The notes under the pieces were generated by a model, which worked only from the letters and a program-made list of their open reading frames with translations, ran no database searches and had not been told where the DNA came from. A program made the translations under genes and the position numbers. Shown here piece after piece: positions 7,994-16,016 of a stretch of DNA of 42,066 nt (positions are counted from its first letter, which is position 1; each line of letters starts with the position of its first letter). Origin of the DNA: Oligoflexia bacterium (GTDB lineage Bacteria > Bdellovibrionota > UBA1018); contig JAMPXZ010000003.1 of assembly GCA_023700925.1 (NCBI GenBank), forward strand, positions 1-42,066, in the 5' to 3' direction.

Positions 7994-8287
7994 TTAGGCA
8001 GCCTCAGCGTAATCCTCCGCATGCCAGTGGTCATAAAGGGTCTTGTTTTTCTCGTCGCGCAGCCATTTGGCCGCATGATCCGGCGGCTCCTGGCCAAGGC
8101 ACTTGTGGGAGAAGGCATGGACGGTCATCGTCTCGCCGGCGACCGACACCTTGTACTCGCCGTTGGGCTGCTTGGCGATCTTGCAGGTCTTGTTCGGATC
8201 GCTTACGAAATAGAGCGTTTGGCCATCCTTCAGGTATCCTTCATGAACCAGCGCGGTCAGATCGAATTTGCTCTTCTTTTTGGACAC
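7994..8287 (-). CDS. Small protein resembling the RAMA (modified-DNA reader) / TDBD fold
   Basis: GGAGG SD with GTG start. Pattern L..L...G.L..GQ.L.F, G..K....G....VHAFS..C, W.....KTL is reminiscent of RAMA domains (by eye only). Confidence 0.6.
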   Translation of the reverse strand: MSKKKSKFDLTALVHEGYLKDGQTLYFVSDPNKTCKIAKQPNGEYKVSVAGETMTVHAFSHKCLGQEPPDHAAKWLRDEKNKTLYDHWHAEDYAEAA

Positions 8288-8323
8288 TCGGTTCCTCCTT
8301 CTTTGGGTTGATTGCCACTACTG

Positions 8324-8350
8324 ATATCGGCAAAATTTGCCGGGAATTAT
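8324..8350 (-). promoter_or_regulatory. Possible sigma28 promoter of the small RAMA-like gene
   Basis: Near-consensus -10 GCCGATAT; weak -35 (ATAA at N15); 36 nt from the GTG. Confidence 0.45.
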
Positions 8351-8375
8351 ATGCCGGGCGCGTCGAAACCGCCCG

Positions 8376-9248
8376 TCAGGCCGCCCGCTTGTCGCCTTCG
8401 CCCGGCGCGTCGACGGTTTCGGTGGCCTTGGGTTCCTCGAGCGCATTGGTGCTCGTTTCGTTCCAGAGAATTTCCAGGGAAGTCGAGAAACGGTTGACCA
8501 GGTTGTAATAGACGCCATCCGCCGAGAGCACCGTGTTGACGAGGCTCATGCAAACCGAGAGCGCGATCCCGACGATCGACTTGATCATGGCGAGCGAGAT
8601 CTTGACCAGGAAGAGGTCCATGACCTTCTTGCTTTCCTCGATGTTGCCGAGGTCCATGCCGCCGAGGTCGGGCAGGCCCTTGGAGATCCCGAGGAACGTG
8701 CCGAAGATGCCGCCGATAATGAAAAGGCTCGGCAGGATGTTGATCAGCTCGTTGAGCGGCCCGACCGGGAAGATCCCGATCACCTTGTTGAAGACGGGGT
8801 TGTTGTCGAAGCTGGATTTCGCGATGTCGAGCATGCGGGGCGGGAAGCCCTCGCGCTTGAGGTAGCGAATCTGGCGAAGGGTGTCGCGTACCGTGAAGGC
8901 GGCGCCGTCCTGGATCAGGAAAACGCGATCGGTCACCGACGCGACGGCATCGAAGTTACGCCGCTTGAACTTGGCGCGCATCTCGAAGGACTCGTAATAG
9001 GTCTTCTCGAGTAGCGCCTTCGTCATCAGGAAGAAGGACTCGAGGCGCTTGGAGTCCGGACTCCAGAAGAACTTGCGGACCCGCTTCTCGAACTCGAAGC
9101 AGAACTTCAGCTCCGCCTTTGCCGTATAGTAGATGAGAGCCCGGAACAGCACCCCGACGAAGAAGGTCGCGATCATCACCGGCATCAGGATGCCGGCGAT
9201 CCGGTCGATCAGGGTGTTCATGATAAAATGGCTGATAGGGTCTAGCAT
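8376..9248 (-). CDS. MotA/TolQ/ExbB/ZorA-like ion-channel subunit (3 TM)
   Basis: One N-terminal TM, a cytoplasmic region, then LPSLFIIGGIFGTFLGISKGL and KISLAMIKSIVGIALSV. The P..G..GT..G signature is characteristic of the family. Confidence 0.8.
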   Translation of the reverse strand: MLDPISHFIMNTLIDRIAGILMPVMIATFFVGVLFRALIYYTAKAELKFCFEFEKRVRKFFWSPDSKRLESFFLMTKALLEKTYYESFEMRAKFKRRNFDAVASVTDRVFLIQDGAAFTVRDTLRQIRYLKREGFPPRMLDIAKSSFDNNPVFNKVIGIFPVGPLNELINILPSLFIIGGIFGTFLGISKGLPDLGGMDLGNIEESKKVMDLFLVKISLAMIKSIVGIALSVCMSLVNTVLSADGVYYNLVNRFSTSLEILWNETSTNALEEPKATETVDAPGEGDKRAA

Positions 9249-9256
9249 GCTTGCTC

Positions 9257-10963
9257 CTATTCATCCCGCAGATTGAATTTGATGATGACGCGTTGGCCTT
9301 TTTTGCAGTCAAAGACCTTGCAATAGTTGCCGTCCCGCACCTGCGCCAGCTCGCGGCCCTTCAGGCGTTCGGTGGCCAGGTAGCTGCGGCCTGAGACCTT
9401 CACGAGCGGCAACAGGTCCTTCTGGTGCTGGAAGCTCATCTTCTTGGTGTCGAAGACGTGCTCGAAGATGGACTTGGCGCGCTGGTAGCTCAGATCCATG
9501 TTGAAGTTGACGGCGGCGCGGTCCGCGGGCGAGAGGCTGTCGGGATCGATGTATTTGTTCTGATAGGTGGGCGAGGCGAAGCCCACGATCTCCACCGAGC
9601 CGATCCGTCCGCTGATTTTCTGGTCCTGGAACAGGCTGTTGGCGTAGATCGGGATCATCCTCTCGAGCGTCGAGCGCATCCCCGTCTTGAGATCCGCGCG
9701 TCCCGTCTCGAAGTACTCGTTGGCGAAGTTGATGGTGACGTCCCCGGTCTTGATATCGACGTCCGCCTCGATCCCTGCCTTGGCGAAGTTGCGCTTGATG
9801 CCCTCGGCGAGGCGGCGCTGCTCGTTCAGCTTGTTCTGACTGGCGACCAGATTCCGCTGGAGGGTGTCGTTGGCCATCTTGAGGGAGTTGAGCGAGTTGT
9901 GGTACTGCCCCTCCATTGACCGGATATTGCCGCGGGTCTTCTCGAGCTCGCCGTTGAGGTTGGCGAGCTGGTCGTTGTATTCCTTGTTGCGCCGCTCGAC
10001 GTCGGCGCGATAGGCGCGCTCCTGGGCCAGCCTCGCTTCGGCGCTGAGCTGGGCCTTGGCGATGCCTTTTTCGAACGCCCCCTTCTCGCGGGCCATGGTT
10101 TCCTCATGCGCGCGCTTGAGCTCCGCGAGAGTGTCGCGATACTTGCCTTCCTTCTGGTTCAGCTCGCCGAGCAGGCGCTCGGTCTCGCGATTCTTCTGCT
10201 CGATCTCGCCCTGCGCCGTCTGGAGCTGGTTGGCGTAACGCGAGTTCTCCGAACGCAAGCCCTGGATCTGGCCCTCGCTCTCCTGACGGAGCTGGGAGAT
10301 GGCCTCCTGGAGCTTTTGCTCCGAATGTTGCTTGCTCTTGTAGACGCGTTTCACCTCGTCGATCTTCGTCGAGAGCTGCGACTCGATCTGCGCGATCGTC
10401 TGGTTGTTGCGCTCGATCTCGCCCTGTTTCTGGGCGATGCTGGCGTTGAGGGTGCCGAGTTCGCGTTCTTTGACCGCGATTTCGGCCTGTTTTTCCTCGA
10501 TCACGACGTCGCGCTTCTTCACGCGCGCCTGAGCGACGAGGTTCGCGCTGATGATATTCTTGACCAGCGCCTGATACTGGTTGAGGTCGCGCTCCTTCTG
10601 TGCCGCGTCCCGCGCTTGGCGCGAAAGATCCTTGCTCTTCTGCTTCGCCTCGTCCTCGAGCAGGTTCAGCTTGCCCATCAGCTCCTGATAGACCTGCACC
10701 TCATCCTCGGTCGCGCCTTCCTGAAGGTAACCGTCCCGAACGGCCTCGTAGGCCTGGATCTGCTTGCGAAGCGCGTCCGCCTCGACTTTGGCGTTCTTCA
10801 TCGCCGTGTGGGAAACGATCATCTGGGCGCCGCTTCGAAGATTCGCGATCACGTACAAGAGGAGGAAGACCACCGACAGCACCAGGAACAGGTCGCTGTA
10901 GGAGGTCCAATGGTTGCCCCCGTGCTCCACCTTGGCTCTGATTTTTTCGTAGTTAAGGTTCAA
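9257..10963 (-). CDS. MotB/ZorB-like protein: TM with conserved Asp, long coiled coil, C-terminal OmpA-like domain
   Basis: HWTSYSDLFLVLSVVFLLLYV; heptad-rich E/K/Q/L region; YFETGRADL, EIVGFAS, NMDLSYQRAKSI, VSGRSY, QRVIIKF. Likely TTG start at 10963 after GGAGA (the ORF track starts at 11044). Confidence 0.82.
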   Translation of the reverse strand: MNLNYEKIRAKVEHGGNHWTSYSDLFLVLSVVFLLLYVIANLRSGAQMIVSHTAMKNAKVEADALRKQIQAYEAVRDGYLQEGATEDEVQVYQELMGKLNLLEDEAKQKSKDLSRQARDAAQKERDLNQYQALVKNIISANLVAQARVKKRDVVIEEKQAEIAVKERELGTLNASIAQKQGEIERNNQTIAQIESQLSTKIDEVKRVYKSKQHSEQKLQEAISQLRQESEGQIQGLRSENSRYANQLQTAQGEIEQKNRETERLLGELNQKEGKYRDTLAELKRAHEETMAREKGAFEKGIAKAQLSAEARLAQERAYRADVERRNKEYNDQLANLNGELEKTRGNIRSMEGQYHNSLNSLKMANDTLQRNLVASQNKLNEQRRLAEGIKRNFAKAGIEADVDIKTGDVTINFANEYFETGRADLKTGMRSTLERMIPIYANSLFQDQKISGRIGSVEIVGFASPTYQNKYIDPDSLSPADRAAVNFNMDLSYQRAKSIFEHVFDTKKMSFQHQKDLLPLVKVSGRSYLATERLKGRELAQVRDGNYCKVFDCKKGQRVIIKFNLRDE

Positions 10964-10989
10964 GGCCGGTTCTCCGTGTCTCTCTGGCG

Positions 10990-11017
10990 GTATCGTCGGG
11001 TTTCGGGATCGGCTTGA
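10990..11017 (-). promoter_or_regulatory. Possible sigma28 promoter of the MotB/MotA-like operon
   Basis: TCAA-N16-GACGATAC, 26 nt upstream of the proposed TTG start; spacing is one base longer than consensus. Confidence 0.35.
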
Positions 11018-11085
11018 ATCTTTTTGGAAAAAGACATGACTCAATATGTCATTAAAGACCCGCGGCAGTTCAGCCGAAATAGGGA

Positions 11086-13167
11086 GTGATGAAATATCGA
11101 ATAAAGATCCGCGTGATCAAAGAGGGGATGCAACCGCAAAAGTTCTCCATGAACTTGGAGGAGGGCGCCACCTTCACGGTCGGTGACTCCGTGCCGGGCA
11201 TCCAGGGCGAAGTCTGCGTCTTCCGCGTGAGTGACGGATCACTACTGGTGACCAAAGCCGAAAAAGGCTCTGACATCGTCGTGAACGGCATCGAAGGACG
11301 CGAGTTCCGGGTCAAGGTCGGAGACCAGCTCAAGAGCGCGACGACCGCGGTCGAGTTTCTCGATGTTCCGTGGCGCCAGGAAACGCCGGCGGAAACCCAG
11401 TTCATCGACGTCGCCAAGGCGGGCTTGCTGCCGCAGAAGGCGGCGGCTGAGCATCCAGCCGCGCCGGTCGTGGAGAGCGCTGAGGCGCTTGTGCCCGCGG
11501 CGCCTGCGGTGCCCGAGGCGCCCGTGGTGCCCGTGGCCGCCGCGAGCGAAGCGCCGAGCGAAGTGGTGCTGACTCCCCCGGAGACGCCCGTGGCGGTGGA
11601 GCTCGATATTCCGGAAGCGCGGAGAGCCGAAATCCCCGCGCACCGTGGGCGCGAGCGGGGATGGGAAGCCACCGATAGCGGCGTGCCGCGCGATAAAAGT
11701 TGGAGCGATCTCGGAGTTCAGGGCCATTCCTCGATGACCGAGAGCACCCGGCTCTTCCTGAAGAAAACGGAAGATGCCGAGATGGCCCGCAAGGAGCTGT
11801 TCAGTCTCTGCGGTCTCATGTTCCTGGCGCTCGGAGTCGCCGGAGGGGCCGCGCAGATGGGCTCCCCGCTGCTCTGGGGTTCGGCAGGGGTGATGTTCGG
11901 CCTGCTCTTCTCGGCGATCCTGCCGAGGCTGGCGGGGTTTACCGGAAGCACGGCGAGCTTCAGCGCTTACCTCCGCTTCATGACTTACTTCTATTTCGCG
12001 TTGATCCCGTGGGGGTTCGCGTTCCGCCTGCATCCGATTGCCGCGATCGTGGCGTCGGTCTTCGCCTGCGCGGGTTTCACGGCGGCCTTCATGATCCGGT
12101 TCAAGATCAGTTTCGGTCGCTTTTCGGCGGTAGGTGGCGCGGTCTCGCTGTTACCCATCGCGCTCGCGGCAGTCTCCTTGACCGACGGGTTCACGAATCT
12201 GCCGTTCCAGTGGAAAGGCGACGTCGCCCAGGGCTCTTCGTCCGAGGAGCTGGCCGCGCGGCAGCCGGCCTCCGAGTCGGGCGCGGTCGTGCTCGATCCC
12301 GCGGCTCCGGCGCAGGTGCAACCTCAAGCGCAGGCCCCGGCTCCCGTGCAGCCGCAGGCTCAACCGCTGGTTCCGGCGCAAGCTCCGGTCGCTGCCCAGG
12401 CGCCTATCACGGCTGAAGCTCCGGCTCCGCTGAACGCTCAAGCCTCTGTCGCGCCTCCGGTCCAGGCGCCGCTCCAGCCCCAGGGCCAGCTCCTGGCGCA
12501 ACCGGCGTTTCCGCCTCCGGCGCAGCCCGTGGCCCAGGCCCCGGTCCCTGTCCAGCAGGTTCAGGCACCGGCGTATTACGAGCAGACCGCGCGCCGGGGG
12601 GGTGAGGACGTAGGGGATCCCCTGGCCACCGAGCAGTTCTTCAGTGCCGCCAAGAAGGGTAATGTCAGCGTCGTCAAGGCGCTCATCGCAAAGAAGGCGG
12701 TCGATCCGAATTTCACCCTCGACAAGGGCAATACCGTGCTGATGTATGCTGCCGCCAATGGCCATACCCGGCTGGTGAAGTACCTGCTCTCTCAAAGGGT
12801 CAACGTCAATGCCCGCGACCCCAACGGCACCACCGCGCTGATGTGGGCGGTTTACAAGGGCCACACGGAGGTCGTGAACATCCTGCTGAAATCCCGCGCG
12901 GATACTTTCATCCGCCGCGACGACGGTGACCGCGCCATCGATATCGCCAAACGGTGGAAGCGATGGGACATCGCGGACCTTCTCGAAGGAAAGCCGCTGC
13001 GGACGATTGCCAGCAAACCTGCTTCGAGCAAGAAGGCGCCGAGCAAGAGCGGCTACCGGAAGCCCTCGTCCACAAGCAAGGGCGCTGGCAAGACCGCTGG
13101 CAAGACCGTCACAAAGCCGAGATCCGGTGACCGCAAGCACCGCGAAACCTACCGGGCAATTCGCTGA
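11086..13167 (+). CDS. Multi-domain membrane protein: FHA-like N-terminus, ~5 TM, P/Q/A linker, ankyrin repeats, basic tail
   Basis: IVVNG..VKVGDQL..VEF beta pattern; hydrophobic block; AAKKGN, GNTVLMYAAANGH, GTTALMWAVYKGH, GDRAIDIA ankyrin repeats. Confidence 0.8.
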   Translation: MMKYRIKIRVIKEGMQPQKFSMNLEEGATFTVGDSVPGIQGEVCVFRVSDGSLLVTKAEKGSDIVVNGIEGREFRVKVGDQLKSATTAVEFLDVPWRQETPAETQFIDVAKAGLLPQKAAAEHPAAPVVESAEALVPAAPAVPEAPVVPVAAASEAPSEVVLTPPETPVAVELDIPEARRAEIPAHRGRERGWEATDSGVPRDKSWSDLGVQGHSSMTESTRLFLKKTEDAEMARKELFSLCGLMFLALGVAGGAAQMGSPLLWGSAGVMFGLLFSAILPRLAGFTGSTASFSAYLRFMTYFYFALIPWGFAFRLHPIAAIVASVFACAGFTAAFMIRFKISFGRFSAVGGAVSLLPIALAAVSLTDGFTNLPFQWKGDVAQGSSSEELAARQPASESGAVVLDPAAPAQVQPQAQAPAPVQPQAQPLVPAQAPVAAQAPITAEAPAPLNAQASVAPPVQAPLQPQGQLLAQPAFPPPAQPVAQAPVPVQQVQAPAYYEQTARRGGEDVGDPLATEQFFSAAKKGNVSVVKALIAKKAVDPNFTLDKGNTVLMYAAANGHTRLVKYLLSQRVNVNARDPNGTTALMWAVYKGHTEVVNILLKSRADTFIRRDDGDRAIDIAKRWKRWDIADLLEGKPLRTIASKPASSKKAPSKSGYRKPSSTSKGAGKTAGKTVTKPRSGDRKHRETYRAIR

Positions 13168-13189
13168 GGGTTCTGCTACTCTTTGAGGG

Positions 13190-14104
13190 ATGGATTCCCT
13201 CCACTTCGAGCCGATCAGCGGCAAAGAGGCGCACGCCGAGTTCGTCGCATTGCTGAACTCGTGTTTTCCCGTGCCCCGAGGGCATTCTTTTCTCGAGGAC
13301 TTTCCGGTCTGGGGAGTGCTGGAGCCGGATACGCATTTCTACATCGGGGGCTACTCGAGCGGGCGACTCGTCGCGGCTGCCGCGGCGCGGACGGCCGAGC
13401 TGATTACCGAAGGTGCACCGTTGCCGATCGGTTTGATCGGTGCCGTGGCGACGCATTCCAGCTGCCGGGGACGCGGCTTCGCCTCCCAGGCGACCGCTCA
13501 GGTGCTCGATTGGCTCGCGCGCAGGCGGGTCGCGCTCGCCGTGCTTTGGGGCTCCGAACATGAGCTCTATCGCCGGATGGGGTTTGAACTTTGCGGAATT
13601 CAGACGACGCTCCCCCTGTGGCAGCTGCAGCTGCCGTCGGATGCGCCGCGTCCCGGACGGGGCTGGGTTCCGGGACTGTGGGAGCGCTTGAAGCGCCGCG
13701 GCTCGGGACTGCAGTACGGCGAAAAAGACCGTTCCTGGTTGGAAGCTCATGCCAATGTCCAGTGGTACTGGCTTGGGGAGCCCTCGAAGCCCACGGCCTA
13801 TGCGGCGTTAGGCCGTGGAATTGACCTCGGAGGCCTGGTTCACGAGTGGGGAGGGGATCCCGAGGCGCTTCGCAGCCTGCTTAGCGCGGTGAGGGCGGAG
13901 GTCCCCGGGGCCGCCTTATTGGGGTCGCCCCGCTTGTTTGAGAAATTCCGTCTGGTCTGCTCTCCGGGGACGCCCGTCCCTGAGGAGCAGTTTCTCTGCA
14001 TGGCCCGCTTCATGGCTCTTTCCGAAGACCCCGAACGGGTTTATAGCTTGCTCGGTGAGAAGGGCGCCTCGCCTCTGTGGTTTTGGGGTCTCGACGGGGC
14101 CTGA
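13190..14104 (+). CDS. GNAT family N-acetyltransferase (Eis-like N-terminal domain)
   Basis: IGAVATHSSCRGRGFAS acetyl-CoA motif and LYRRMGF. Confidence 0.85.
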   Translation: MDSLHFEPISGKEAHAEFVALLNSCFPVPRGHSFLEDFPVWGVLEPDTHFYIGGYSSGRLVAAAAARTAELITEGAPLPIGLIGAVATHSSCRGRGFASQATAQVLDWLARRRVALAVLWGSEHELYRRMGFELCGIQTTLPLWQLQLPSDAPRPGRGWVPGLWERLKRRGSGLQYGEKDRSWLEAHANVQWYWLGEPSKPTAYAALGRGIDLGGLVHEWGGDPEALRSLLSAVRAEVPGAALLGSPRLFEKFRLVCSPGTPVPEEQFLCMARFMALSEDPERVYSLLGEKGASPLWFWGLDGA

Positions 14105-14154
14105 AATTTCTCTCTTTCAGTGCTCCGAATGACGATAGGCTAAGAGAAGGCCAC

Positions 14155-14976
14155 GTGAAAAGCTATACGTCCAAATTCCTCAAGTCAGTCGCGGTTTTCT
14201 ACCTCGGGTTTCCCGTGTTCTACATCTTCTTGTGCGCGCTGCTCTTCGATGTTCCCGCGAAGAATTGCCTCGGCATTCTCCTGGCGCCCGGCTTTTACAT
14301 CCTGTCGATCTTCGCGATCATCGTGGGATATGCCCTGTGGGAGATGCGCCGCTGGGCCTGGTACGGCTTCATCGTGGCGAACATCCTGATCGCCTACGAG
14401 AATGCCGTGGTCGTGAACGAGTTTGGCGAGACCCACCACAAGGCCCTGGCCTTTGTCGCTTCGGTGCTCCTGCTTTTGCTGGTGAGCCTGCGCGTGAGCA
14501 AGGAGATCCGGGTCCCCTATTTTTTTCCGAAGATCCGCTGGTGGGAAAGCAATCCGCGCTACCGCCTCGCCGCCCCCGCGAAGCTGGTGCGCAAGGACGG
14601 CGTGACCATCGAGGGCCAGATCCTCGATCTGTCGAATACCGGTTGTTTCATCAAGCTGCGGGGTGAGCTCCCGCAGGACGAGGTGGTCGGCCTGTCGTTC
14701 TCGATATTCGGCTGCTCGGTGGACTGCCAGGGCGTGGTCGTGTGGCAGACCCAGAGCACGGTGACCAACCCGAAGGGAATCGGCGTGAAGTTTCTCCCGC
14801 TTTTCAGGCCGCAGCGGCGCGCGCTCCGGCAGATCGTCGAACGCCTGCGCAAGATCGCCCGCCTTTACCGCCGTTCACGTTACCTGCTCAATCAGGACGA
14901 GTTCATGCGGCGGCTGCAGGAGATCGAAACCAAGGGCGCGGTGAAACGCACCCGCATGGGCCTCAAGATCGTATGA
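14155..14976 (+). CDS. 4-TM membrane protein with C-terminal PilZ domain
   Basis: Four hydrophobic segments, then NPRYRL, ILDLSNTGCFI, GVVVW, GIGVKF. GTG start at 14155 after GAGAAGG. Confidence 0.82.
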   Translation: MKSYTSKFLKSVAVFYLGFPVFYIFLCALLFDVPAKNCLGILLAPGFYILSIFAIIVGYALWEMRRWAWYGFIVANILIAYENAVVVNEFGETHHKALAFVASVLLLLLVSLRVSKEIRVPYFFPKIRWWESNPRYRLAAPAKLVRKDGVTIEGQILDLSNTGCFIKLRGELPQDEVVGLSFSIFGCSVDCQGVVVWQTQSTVTNPKGIGVKFLPLFRPQRRALRQIVERLRKIARLYRRSRYLLNQDEFMRRLQEIETKGAVKRTRMGLKIV

Positions 14977-15419
14977 AGAGCCCAGCCTGGATGCAGGAGG
15001 CGCTCGACCTCGCGCGAAAAGCCGCGGAGGAGGATGAGGTGCCGGTCGGAGCGATCGTCGTTCACGGCGATCGGATCGTCGGTCGTGGGTACAATCGCCG
15101 CGAGACCGATCACAATCCCGTCGCGCATGCCGAGATTCTCGCGATCCAGGAGGCCGCCCGCGCGCTGGGAAGCTGGAGGCTCGAGGGCTGCACGATCTAT
15201 GTGACGCTCGAACCGTGCCCGATGTGCCTGGCGGCGTGCATGCTGTCACGCGTGGAGAAGGTCGTGTACGGCGCGACGGACCCCAAGGGGGGCGCGCTCA
15301 GCCTGGATTACGCGCTGAATGCGGATCCCAGGCTGAATCACCGTTTTCCCGTCGAATATGCGCCGCTGGCGGAGTGCGGCCAGGTGCTGAGCGACTTTTT
15401 CCGCAAAAAACGGGGCTGA
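14973..15419 (+). CDS. tadA: tRNA adenosine(34) deaminase
   Basis: EVPVGA, AHAEILA, YVTLEPCPMC, LNHR, FFRKKR. ATGA overlap with the PilZ gene. Confidence 0.92.
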   Translation: MKSPAWMQEALDLARKAAEEDEVPVGAIVVHGDRIVGRGYNRRETDHNPVAHAEILAIQEAARALGSWRLEGCTIYVTLEPCPMCLAACMLSRVEKVVYGATDPKGGALSLDYALNADPRLNHRFPVEYAPLAECGQVLSDFFRKKRG

Positions 15420-15436
15420 TCGTGTAGGCTTCCGTC

Positions 15437-15889
15437 ATGGCACTGAAACTCCATTTCGCAAGCTTGTCCCTGGGCGCCTCGGTCGATCAGCAGACCGGAA
15501 GCCTGTCCGTCTTCGATGTCCTCGAGGAGATCCGCACGCCGCAGCTCCCGCTGCAGCTGCAGTCGCTCGTGATCTCGCTCTCCCTCGAGAAGACTGACAA
15601 CGAGGCCTTCTCCGGCAAGATGGTGATTCACATCCTCACCCCGGACGGCAAGCAGCAGGCGATCGGGAGCGGCGACATGGAGATACCCGCCGAGCAAAAG
15701 CGAATGAAAGCCGTTTTCCGTTACGGAGGTTTTCCGGTCGGCTTGTATGGCCGGCACCGGCTGGTGCTCTCCTGGCTGAACTCCGGCGGCGCGAAGGTGG
15801 GCGAGGCGCTCCTCGACTTCGACGTCGTGCAGGTGACCCAGGTGGCTCAAGGGGTTCCGCCGGCCGACAAGCCGCCGATGTCCCACTAG
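15437..15889 (+). CDS. Hypothetical beta-sandwich protein (DUF6941-like)
   Basis: D..TG.LS...V, I..PDG, G.H.L pattern; host codon usage. Confidence 0.65.
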   Translation: MALKLHFASLSLGASVDQQTGSLSVFDVLEEIRTPQLPLQLQSLVISLSLEKTDNEAFSGKMVIHILTPDGKQQAIGSGDMEIPAEQKRMKAVFRYGGFPVGLYGRHRLVLSWLNSGGAKVGEALLDFDVVQVTQVAQGVPPADKPPMSH

Positions 15890-16008
15890 TACCGCGGCAA
15901 CTAAGTTTTTTCCGTTTTTGCGGGCGGCTTTTTGGCTGCGTTGGCTTCCTTGTCTCGCTCAAAAATCCTGACAAAAAGTCGGAAAAAATTTAGTTGCCGC
16001 GGTACTGG
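15886..16008. mobile_element. 123-bp MITE-like element with ~33-bp terminal inverted repeats
   Basis: Left CTAGTACCGCGGCAACTAAGTTTTTTCCG-TTTTTG; reverse complement of right end CCAGTACCGCGGCAACTAAATTTTTTCCGACTTTTTG. AT-rich, non-coding, between convergent genes. Confidence 0.7.
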
Positions 16009-16016
16009 CCGCGCGT

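Noticed and set aside
8376-10963. Calling this a complete Zorya defence system
   Set aside because: No zorC/zorD helicase or zorE nuclease nearby, the A subunit lacks the long ZorA tail, and the gene order is reversed.
14742-14972. N-terminal extension of TadA suggested by the ORF track
   Set aside because: Overlaps the PilZ gene out of frame; the ATGA-coupled start at 14973 gives normal TadA length.
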